From NCBI GenBank assembly GCA_038735675.1, contig JAVYNJ010000022.1, forward strand, positions 1 to 5,810: a stretch of 5,810 nucleotides of DNA, written 5' to 3'. Origin of the DNA: Nanopusillaceae archaeon (GTDB taxonomy: Archaea > Nanobdellota > Nanobdellia > Nanobdellales > Nanobdellaceae). Numbering within the stretch: the stretch's first letter is position 1; every line of letters starts with the position of its first letter. Of this stretch, positions 1 to 5,537 are shown piece by piece. The position numbers and the translations under genes are program-made. Under the pieces are notes generated by a model. That model was not told the origin of the DNA, searched no databases, and saw only the letters and a program-made list of their open reading frames with translations.

Positions 1-2
1 AT

Positions 3-92
3 TTATCTAAGGATTTCTATATAGTTATAGATAGCTTAGATTTAGATTCTGATGGAATTCCAGAAAAAATAATAGAATTAGAAAATAATTAA
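3..92 (+). CDS. 3' end of an unidentified ORF entering from the left edge (29 codons plus TAA)
   Basis: Frame is open from base 3 to TAA at 90-92, translating ...LSKDFYIVIDSLDLDSDGIPEKIIELENN*. It is absent from the ORF track because the window edge truncates it. It converges on the ATPase gene, and the two stop codons overlap within TTAA at 89-92. It is too short for a family call. Confidence 0.3.
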   Translation, partial: LSKDFYIVIDSLDLDSDGIPEKIIELENN

Positions 93-2593
93 TCTTTTTT
101 CAATAAAATATTTAAAACTATTTTTCTGATCTCTAAAAAGAAAAAGGTTATTATCGGTATCATAATTGTATATTTAAAGTGTTCTAATGATAATGGAACT
201 GTATGAAAGAATTTTCCACCAAAATAAATTACTAAAAGCTGTAATAATAATCCTATAAATATTCCTAAGAAAATGTATGGATTTCTTTTAAAATATCTTG
301 CAGGATTTTTAAAGAAAGGTTCATCAGAAATTTCTTGAATACCTATTGGCCACTGAGAGAATACCATAGATGTAAAGCTAATAGTTATAACTAATTCATA
401 TGGATATATTGATAATAGATACCTATATAAGAAATAGTGAGTTATAGAAAGAAATAGTGCTGTTAAAAATATTAAAAATATTTGCTTTTTTCCAAAAAAC
501 ATTTCTTTTGGATTTTTTGGTGGTCTATCTAATATTTCTGCATCATGTTTTGTAAGTGGATATGCCTTATCTTGAACACCATCTGTTACTAAATTAATCC
601 AAATAGGATGTAAAGGATATATTGGCAAAGGTAATCCTGTAACAATTGCTAAACTATTGTAAATAACTTCAAATAAGTTTGTAGATAAAAGATATCTTAT
701 AACTCCAGAAATATTTCTAGAAATTTTTCTGCCTTCCAATATTCCATTTATTATTACTGATAAATCTCTAGATAAAATTATTGCTTTTGATGCATCTTTT
801 GCAACTTGAGTTGAATTTTCTACAGCTAATCCAATATCAGAAATTCTTAAAGCTGGCGCATCATTAACTCCATCTCCTAAAACACCAACAATATGTCCAT
901 TGTCTCTAAGAACTTTAACTATTTTATATTTATGTTCTGGTAATGCTCTGGCAATTACTGTTGTCTTTTTCAATATTTCATATAAACTTTCTTCATCTAT
1001 ATTTTCCATTTCCTTTCCTTCAATTGCCATATCCCCTTCACTGTATATTCCAACTTTTCTAGCAATGTATTTTGCAGTTAAAATATTATCTCCAGTAACC
1101 ATAATTATCTTAATTTTTGCATTTTTTGCAATTTTTATAACTTCTTCTATATTTTCTTTTGGCGGATCTATAAATCCTATCAATCCAATAATTTTTATTT
1201 TTACTTTTTCAATATCTGAAGGTATTTTATCAACAACATTATATCCAAATGCTAAAACTCTTAATCCTTTAGATGTTAATTCATCATGCAATTTATCTAG
1301 ATCTGGATTTATACCATATGACATTTTTTTCAAAGTTTCATAAGCACCTTTAATATATAATATGTGATTAAATCCTTTTTTAACTATGGTTGCTGAAAAT
1401 CTTTTATTTGGATCAAAAGGATGTTCCCAAACTTTTTCATATTCTTTTCTAATTTTTTTCCAATCTACTCCCTTAGATTCCACCCATTTCAATAATATTA
1501 AATCTAAAATATCTCCAGATGTTCCGTCAGATTCATTACATAATATAGAACACTCTATTAATTTTTCTTCATCTATAGTATAATATTTATCGACTTTTAG
1601 ATTTCCTGTAGTTATTGTACCCGTTTTATCTACTATTAAATATTCTATAGATCCTAAAGTTTCAACTGATGGTAAATATTTAACTAAAAATTTTCTACTT
1701 GCCAATCTTCTAGCACCAATTGCTAAAGATAAGGTTATAACAATCGGTAAACCGCTTGGAATTGCAGAAATTAATTGAGATAAAACATATAAAAACATTT
1801 TGCTGATTTCTCTTTGATATATTAAAATTCCAATTAAAAAAACTATTGCAAGTAGAATTATATTTAAAGGTACCCAATATTTTGCAAAATTATCAAATGC
1901 TTTTATTAAAGGACTTTCTGGTGCTTTTTGAAATAAAATTTCAGATATTTTGCCTATTTCAGTATTTTTTCCTGTAGCATATACTACTGCTTTTCCTTTA
2001 CCTCTAAAAACTGAAGTTCCTTTAAAAATACAATTTTTTCTTTCATATATTGGAATATTTGTAGGAAGTATTATATCTGCATCTTTTTCTACAGGATAAG
2101 ATTCTCCGGTTAATATTGCTTCATTTATTTGTAAACCTACAGATTCTATTAATCTTGCATCTGCTGGAACTATATCTCCTTCTTTTATAACAATTATATC
2201 ACCAGGAACTATTTCTGATGTATCTATCTCTTTTTCTATACCATTCCTTATAACTTTTGCTTTAATTTTTGTTAATTTCTTTAAAGATTCTATTGTAATT
2301 TTTGTTTTTATTTCATGATAAAATCCCAAAATTGCATTAAAAATTAATAAAGCAAATACTATTATTGATTCGTAATATTTTCCAACAAAAATAGCAACAA
2401 TTCCTGCCAAAAGTATAATTATTACTAAAGGATTTTTAAATTGCTTTAAAAACAAAACTAAATTACTTTCTTTTTTTTCTTTTATTTCATTTGGACCATA
2501 TTTCTTTAATCTTTCTTTTGCTTCTTCATCAGTTAAACCATTTATAGATGTATTTAAAATGTTAAATACTTCTTCTATTGGAAGATTATACAT
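89..2593 (-). CDS. Cation-transporting P-type ATPase, P2 (SERCA/PMCA-like) architecture; ion specificity not assignable
   Basis: 834-aa ORF starting at ATG 2593. Hallmark motifs read from the translation: N-terminal cation-ATPase-N segment (LTDEEAKERLKKYGPNEI), actuator TGES (aa 162-165), phosphorylation site DKTGT (aa 322-326, nt 1616-1630), KGAYE in the N domain, DPPK...MVTGDN (aa 476-503), and hinge GDGVNDAPAL (aa 573-582). M5 STNLFEV and M6 INLVTDG resemble SERCA-type ion-site residues. There are multiple hydrophobic TM segments at both ends. Confidence 0.95.
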   Translation of the reverse strand: MYNLPIEEVFNILNTSINGLTDEEAKERLKKYGPNEIKEKKESNLVLFLKQFKNPLVIIILLAGIVAIFVGKYYESIIVFALLIFNAILGFYHEIKTKITIESLKKLTKIKAKVIRNGIEKEIDTSEIVPGDIIVIKEGDIVPADARLIESVGLQINEAILTGESYPVEKDADIILPTNIPIYERKNCIFKGTSVFRGKGKAVVYATGKNTEIGKISEILFQKAPESPLIKAFDNFAKYWVPLNIILLAIVFLIGILIYQREISKMFLYVLSQLISAIPSGLPIVITLSLAIGARRLASRKFLVKYLPSVETLGSIEYLIVDKTGTITTGNLKVDKYYTIDEEKLIECSILCNESDGTSGDILDLILLKWVESKGVDWKKIRKEYEKVWEHPFDPNKRFSATIVKKGFNHILYIKGAYETLKKMSYGINPDLDKLHDELTSKGLRVLAFGYNVVDKIPSDIEKVKIKIIGLIGFIDPPKENIEEVIKIAKNAKIKIIMVTGDNILTAKYIARKVGIYSEGDMAIEGKEMENIDEESLYEILKKTTVIARALPEHKYKIVKVLRDNGHIVGVLGDGVNDAPALRISDIGLAVENSTQVAKDASKAIILSRDLSVIINGILEGRKISRNISGVIRYLLSTNLFEVIYNSLAIVTGLPLPIYPLHPIWINLVTDGVQDKAYPLTKHDAEILDRPPKNPKEMFFGKKQIFLIFLTALFLSITHYFLYRYLLSIYPYELVITISFTSMVFSQWPIGIQEISDEPFFKNPARYFKRNPYIFLGIFIGLLLQLLVIYFGGKFFHTVPLSLEHFKYTIMIPIITFFFLEIRKIVLNILLKKD

Positions 2594-2615
2594 AAATTAA
2601 ATATTTCAATTAAAA

Positions 2616-2623
2616 AATAAAAA
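2616..2623 (-). promoter_or_regulatory. Weak TATA-like element (TTTTTATT) for the P-type ATPase, at -30..-23 from the ATG
   Basis: Minus strand reads TAGAATTTTTATTTTTTAATTGAAATATTTAATTT-ATG. The spacer is 32 nt, and the upstream gene's TAG stop lies immediately 5' of the element. Confidence 0.3.
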
Positions 2624-2625
2624 TT

Positions 2626-3111
2626 CTATATATAATTCTCTATAGCTTTTTTATATTTTGGATTTAGAAGACTTTTTAAACTTGATAAAACATCGATTTC
2701 TCTATTCATTTCTTCATCTAAATCTTTATTTTCTGAAAAATATCTGTTAATTGAATAATTTAGATTTCTTATAATTTTTCTAGACTTATCCGATTTATTT
2801 AAAATTATTTTTGGATTCAATATCTTTGCTTCATTTTCTTTAATTATTAAATCATAAATATCTCTCAATCTTCCAATTATTGGAATTGAATAAAGCTTTT
2901 TACCATAGTCTATTAATAAAAGAGATTCTATATATTCTTTATAATCTGAAAAATCATATTTTGTTAATATTAATTCTATATATTTTGCTGCTAATTCTCT
3001 CTTATTTTTATAAACTGCATCACAATATAAAACTGTCAAATCCTCTAGATTGCTAACAGGTATATCCTTTATTTCTTTACATTTATTTATAACTACTTTA
3101 TCTAGATCCAT
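2626..3111 (-). CDS. Hypothetical protein, 161 aa, predicted all-helical, no recognisable motif
   Basis: ATG at 3111, TAG stop at 2626-2628. A 161-codon open frame is very unlikely by chance in DNA this AT-rich, where stop triplets are frequent. K/E/I/N/L/Y-rich, with no His or Trp and no TM segment. A TATA-like element lies at -29..-22 from the ATG. Confidence 0.7.
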   Translation of the reverse strand: MDLDKVVINKCKEIKDIPVSNLEDLTVLYCDAVYKNKRELAAKYIELILTKYDFSDYKEYIESLLLIDYGKKLYSIPIIGRLRDIYDLIIKENEAKILNPKIILNKSDKSRKIIRNLNYSINRYFSENKDLDEEMNREIDVLSSLKSLLNPKYKKAIENYI

Positions 3112-3132
3112 ATATAAAAAATTTTTAAAAAA

Positions 3133-3140
3133 TTTTTAAA
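3133..3140 (-). promoter_or_regulatory. TATA-like box (TTTAAAAA) for hypothetical gene 2626-3111, at -29..-22 from the ATG
   Basis: Minus strand reads AAAATTTAAAAATTTTTTAAAAATTTTTTATAT-ATG, within a 40-nt spacer. Confidence 0.4.
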
Positions 3141-3151
3141 TTTTGTTACTA

Positions 3152-3805
3152 TTAAGGAGTAGCTTTATAGAATGTTGGTGTAAATGATAATTTTATTGTT
3201 GATATATTGGAAAGAGTTGGAGTATTTACTAATTTATATGCAATATTATAAACTGTTGGATTGTTTTCTAAACCTACTAATGTAGATCCTATCCTTGTTT
3301 GTATTTTTTGCAAATAGAAATCTATATTTAATAAAGAAAATTGAAATCTTTCTTTATACATTTTTTCGGGATTTTTAACAAAAGAAACTGCTTTTTCTGT
3401 TAATTTTTTTATATTATCATAAATCTCCTTTGTAAAACTTTTTGAAATATCTATTTTTAAATTCAAAAGAATCTCATCCAAATTTTTAACGATAAAATCA
3501 CTTTTTTCAATCTCATATTTTGGAGATATTTTTAATTCGTATTTTCCTTCATATTTTAATTTATTTCTTATATATTCTTTATATTCAAAGGCTAGTATAG
3601 CTTTTAATATTATATTACCTTCATAATCCTCCATTGGAACATAAGAAAAGAAAGTTCTATAATTTTCTTTTTTCTTAGCTAATGGTATCTTAAAATCTTT
3701 CGATATTTGACATATTAGCTCTGGATAGCTCTCGCCATACTTATCAAAAACCTCTTTTAAAATGCATTTTCCATTCGATAAAACTAAATTTCTTTGGTCA
3801 AACAT
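3152..3805 (-). CDS. Hypothetical protein, 217 aa, mixed alpha/beta, no confident family assignment
   Basis: ATG at 3805, TAA stop at 3152-3154. This is a long open frame in stop-rich AT DNA. A canonical archaeal TATA (TTTATAAA) lies at -31..-24. The C-terminal about 45 aa are T/N/P-rich and look beta-prone (TLVGLENNPTVYNIAYKLVNTPTLSNISTIKLSFTPTFYKATP). There is no signal peptide or TM segment. Confidence 0.75.
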   Translation of the reverse strand: MFDQRNLVLSNGKCILKEVFDKYGESYPELICQISKDFKIPLAKKKENYRTFFSYVPMEDYEGNIILKAILAFEYKEYIRNKLKYEGKYELKISPKYEIEKSDFIVKNLDEILLNLKIDISKSFTKEIYDNIKKLTEKAVSFVKNPEKMYKERFQFSLLNIDFYLQKIQTRIGSTLVGLENNPTVYNIAYKLVNTPTLSNISTIKLSFTPTFYKATP

Positions 3806-3828
3806 AAAAAAGTATAATTAAAAAAAAT

Positions 3829-3836
3829 TTTATAAA
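3829..3836 (-). promoter_or_regulatory. TATA box (TTTATAAA) for hypothetical gene 3152-3805, at -31..-24 from the ATG
   Basis: Minus strand reads AAGATTTATAAAATTTTTTTTAATTATACTTTTTT-ATG. This is close to the archaeal TATA consensus (TTTAWATA-like) at the distance expected for a leaderless transcript. Confidence 0.5.
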
Positions 3837-3882
3837 TCTTATATCTTTAAAGTTACAAATTATATAAAATATTTTTTAAACT

Positions 3883-4371
3883 TTAAGCGTAATATAAAAT
3901 GGCCTTAGATTTGTAGTTTTTATTTTTACTTATTAATATTTCAATATTTTGATCATTATAACTGGAAATTATCTCTCCCAATAAATGGGAAATATCATAA
4001 TCTTTAATTGAATAACCTAAGATTTTCAAAAACTTTTTTCTAAAAATGTCAGAATCTATTTCTTGATTACAGTAACCATAAATTAATTTGAAAAATGCTT
4101 TCAAAACTAAATTATTTAAATTTAGAATATTATCTATTTCTCCATCTTTATTAACATTTATAATAAGTTTATCTTGTTTTAACTTATAATTTCCTATAAA
4201 TTTTCCTTCTTTTATTCTATTGTCGCTGTAATAATATATTTCTATTTTAAATAATTTATTTTCAGAACAATTCAAATTATAACAAAAGTATATATCATCT
4301 TTTTCAATACATTCGTAAGATTCTTTATATTTGATTATTTCTTTTTTTATTTTATCATCAAGATATTCCAT
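3883..4371 (-). CDS. Hypothetical protein, 162 aa from ATG 4371 (the ORF track extends to a TTG at 4404, giving 173 aa)
   Basis: The track's first codon (4402-4404) is TTG, not ATG. The first ATG is at 4369-4371 (MEYLDDKIKK...). A TTTTTAAAC element at 4393-4401 sits at -30..-22 from that ATG. That element would lie inside the ORF if TTG were used, so I prefer ATG 4371. TAA stop at 3883-3885. The N half looks beta-rich (FKIEIYYYSDNRIKEGKFIGNYKLKQDKLIINVNKDGE) and the C half helical. The protein ends in ...LYYA. Confidence 0.7.
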   Translation of the reverse strand: MEYLDDKIKKEIIKYKESYECIEKDDIYFCYNLNCSENKLFKIEIYYYSDNRIKEGKFIGNYKLKQDKLIINVNKDGEIDNILNLNNLVLKAFFKLIYGYCNQEIDSDIFRKKFLKILGYSIKDYDISHLLGEIISSYNDQNIEILISKNKNYKSKAILYYA

Positions 4372-4393
4372 AATTATATAAAACGGAAATATG

Positions 4394-4401
4394 TTTAAAA
4401 A
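4394..4401 (-). promoter_or_regulatory. TATA-like box (TTTTTAAA) for hypothetical gene 3883-4371, at -30..-23 from ATG 4371
   Basis: Minus strand reads TTTTTAAACATATTTCCGTTTTATATAATT-ATG. The same 9-mer TTTTTAAAC occurs at almost the same distance upstream of rrp42. Confidence 0.45.
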
Positions 4402-4410
4402 CAAGAAATA

Positions 4411-4435
4411 TTTTTAAAAATTTTTAAAAATTTTA
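4411..4435 (-). terminator. Oligo-T tracts immediately 3' of tRNA-Val (candidate archaeal terminator)
   Basis: Downstream of the discriminator the minus strand reads TAAAATTTTTAAAAATTTTTAAAAATA, with two T5 runs. Archaeal RNAP terminates at oligo-T. The same block may also act as upstream promoter context for the next gene. Confidence 0.3.
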
Positions 4436-4507
4436 TGGGCCCGCGGGGATTTGAACCCCGGACCTCCGCCTAGTCAGGGCGGCATCATGCCACTAGACTA
4501 CGGGCCC
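4436..4507 (-). tRNA. tRNA-Val: tRNA-Val, anticodon GAC
   Basis: Hand-folded cloverleaf on the minus strand: acceptor GGGCCCG/CGGGCCC, U8 A9, and D arm GUCU-AGUGGCA-UGAU (G18 G19 present). The anticodon arm is CCGCC-CUGACUA-GGCGG with anticodon GAC at 4473-4475. The variable loop is AGGUC, the T arm is CGGGG-UUCAAAU-CCCCG, and the discriminator is A at 4436. No CCA is encoded and there is no intron. 49 of the 71 nt are G/C. Confidence 0.92.
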
Positions 4508-4517
4508 ATAAAATATT

Positions 4518-4709
4518 TTATTTACCTTTAAATTTAACAATTAAAGGTAATACTCCTTTTTCATATTCCAATTTTGCAATTTTAATAGGACTATAATTTA
4601 TTTTTTCTAATTCTTCCTTAGATAAGTTTATTAAAGGTGGTGCTCCCATAGCAATCATTAAAGCACGTGCTCCAATTAATCTTGCAATTGCAAATCTTGA
4701 TTTCTCCAT
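4518..4709 (-). CDS. rpoK: DNA-directed RNA polymerase subunit K (Rpo6, omega/Rpb6 family)
   Basis: The translation MEKSRFAIARLIGARALMIAMGAPPLINL...PIKIAKLEYEKGVLPLIV carries the conserved Rpo6 core (R[FY]E.ARIIGARALQI..GAP...; ...P..IA..E...G.IP). The track's start at 4713-4715 is TTG, and the first ATG is at 4707-4709, two nt after the rrp42 TGA stop (4712-4714). I use the ATG; the TTG start (4-nt TTGA overlap) is the alternative. TAA stop at 4518-4520. Confidence 0.85.
   Translation of the reverse strand: MEKSRFAIARLIGARALMIAMGAPPLINLSKEELEKINYSPIKIAKLEYEKGVLPLIVKFKGK
4527..4537 (-). promoter_or_regulatory. Candidate TATA-like element for tRNA-Val, embedded in the last codons of rpoK
   Basis: Minus strand reads TTAAATTTAAAGGTAAATAAAATATTTTAT-GGGCCCG. 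The element occupies -30..-20 relative to tRNA position 1 (4507). Only 10 nt separate the rpoK stop from the tRNA. Confidence 0.35.
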
Positions 4710-4711
4710 TT

Positions 4712-5506
4712 TCAAATATATTTTAATAATTCTTTCCTTTTATTTTTTGCTATTTCTATTAAATTATCTAATTCTTCTAATTCAATTCCCTCACTTTTCA
4801 AAAATTGTATATTATTGATACTCTCTGTTAAACCGATATTTACTATAGAATCTGCAGATCTTTCTTCATATAAAGTTGGATCAACTATGAATTTATCAAA
4901 TATTTTTGCAAATGTTATTGAAACTGGCATTTTTTCTAAATTTAATGGCAAATTTTTATTTGTTTTTTTCTTGTAGTTTATAACATATTTATCTCCATCT
5001 TTTATTAACTCAGGGAATTTTGTATTTTTTAATGCCCTTACTGTTGCTAGTAATGATGCATCAATCAAGTTTCCATCATTATTTATTACATATATATCGA
5101 TGTATATTACCCAAACATATTTTCCACTTTCAACAACTAAATTTTCCGTTTTTATAAAATGTGCTCCTCTAATTATTCTATCTATAACTCTAGCATATTC
5201 TATTTCTTCTGGAGTTGGTGGCCCCGGTTCTTTTTCATAAATTGATCCAGGAAGATATTCCAAACTTACTATAAATATTCCATCATTTGGGCTATCCGGA
5301 AATGGCTCATCTATATCTAATTTTATACCAACCAACACTTTTGTATTTCCTAACTCTATATAAGAAGATCCCTCTGCATTTTCTATATAGTTATCTACTA
5401 TCTTAATCTTCCGATATTCTAGAAAATTCCTACCATCAAACCTTTTATTTTCTGAAACCAAAGAAGAGATATAATTGATTAAATTATCATTTATTGAAAT
5501 ATCCAT
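4712..5506 (-). CDS. rrp42: Exosome complex component Rrp42 (RNase PH-like, non-catalytic subunit)
   Basis: 264 aa, ATG at 5506, TGA stop at 4712-4714. The pattern is Rrp42-type: KRFDGRNFLEYRKIKI, then ENAEGSSYIELGNTKVLVGIK, then PFPDSPNDGIFIVSLEYLPGS, then EPGPPTPEEIEYARVIDRIIR, then VWVIYIDIYVINNDGNLIDASLLATVRALKNTKFP. Length and motif order fit Rrp42 better than the shorter catalytic Rrp41. Confidence 0.88.
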   Translation of the reverse strand: MDISINDNLINYISSLVSENKRFDGRNFLEYRKIKIVDNYIENAEGSSYIELGNTKVLVGIKLDIDEPFPDSPNDGIFIVSLEYLPGSIYEKEPGPPTPEEIEYARVIDRIIRGAHFIKTENLVVESGKYVWVIYIDIYVINNDGNLIDASLLATVRALKNTKFPELIKDGDKYVINYKKKTNKNLPLNLEKMPVSITFAKIFDKFIVDPTLYEERSADSIVNIGLTESINNIQFLKSEGIELEELDNLIEIAKNKRKELLKYI

Positions 5507-5529
5507 TTATTTTTAAAACTAAAAAATAG

Positions 5530-5537
5530 TTTAAAAA
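5530..5537 (-). promoter_or_regulatory. TATA-like box (TTTTTAAA) for rrp42, at -31..-24 from the ATG, preceded by an A-rich BRE-like run
   Basis: Minus strand reads AAAAAATTTTTAAACTATTTTTTAGTTTTAAAAATAA-ATG. This spacing is as expected for a leaderless archaeal mRNA. Caveat: in AT-rich spacers TATA-like strings are common. Confidence 0.45.

Noticed and set aside
14-28. Identical 15-mer TTTCTATATAGTTAT at 14-28 and 5380-5394 (same strand), possible terminal direct repeat
   Set aside because: By a rough estimate, about one such 15-mer coincidence is expected by chance in 5.8 kb of this composition. Both copies are inside coding frames and the flanking bases diverge immediately.
39-65. DLDSDGIPE (DxDxDGxxE) calcium-binding-like motif in the left-edge ORF tail, next to a cation pump
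   Set aside because: It is a single short acidic motif in a 29-codon fragment of an uncertain ORF. It does not match the EF-hand register, and its adjacency to the ATPase is convergent, so a functional link is unsupported.
1281-1287. Perfect C-box-like ATGATGA on the minus strand (possible C/D box sRNA)
   Set aside because: It is inside the ATPase coding frame (LHDEL). No CUGA D box lies within the next roughly 70 nt on the same strand, and there is no C'/D' pair.
900-1343. 147-aa plus-strand ORF from the six-frame track
   Set aside because: It lies entirely antisense to the well-supported P-type ATPase. The translation is low-complexity S/I/F/L-rich, typical of the reverse frame of K/E/I/N-rich coding DNA. 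It has no promoter context and is a shadow ORF.
1386-1583. 65-aa plus-strand ORF from the six-frame track
   Set aside because: Same reasoning: it is antisense inside the ATPase gene, short, and shows no independent signals.
4372-4404. TTG-initiated 11-aa N-terminal extension (MFLNIFPFYII) of the hypothetical protein, which could look like a membrane anchor
   Set aside because: The codon at 4402-4404 is TTG. The TATA-like element for the ATG at 4371 lies inside this extension. The hydrophobic string is what AT-rich spacer translates to. The ATG start is preferred.
2626-4507. Integrated element or genomic island anchored at tRNA-Val
   Set aside because: The location is suggestive, but I find no second copy of any GC-rich tRNA 3' segment in the window (such a copy would stand out in this AT-rich DNA). 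There is no integrase or recombinase and no compositional break relative to the flanks. I kept it only as context for the ORFan-cluster finding.
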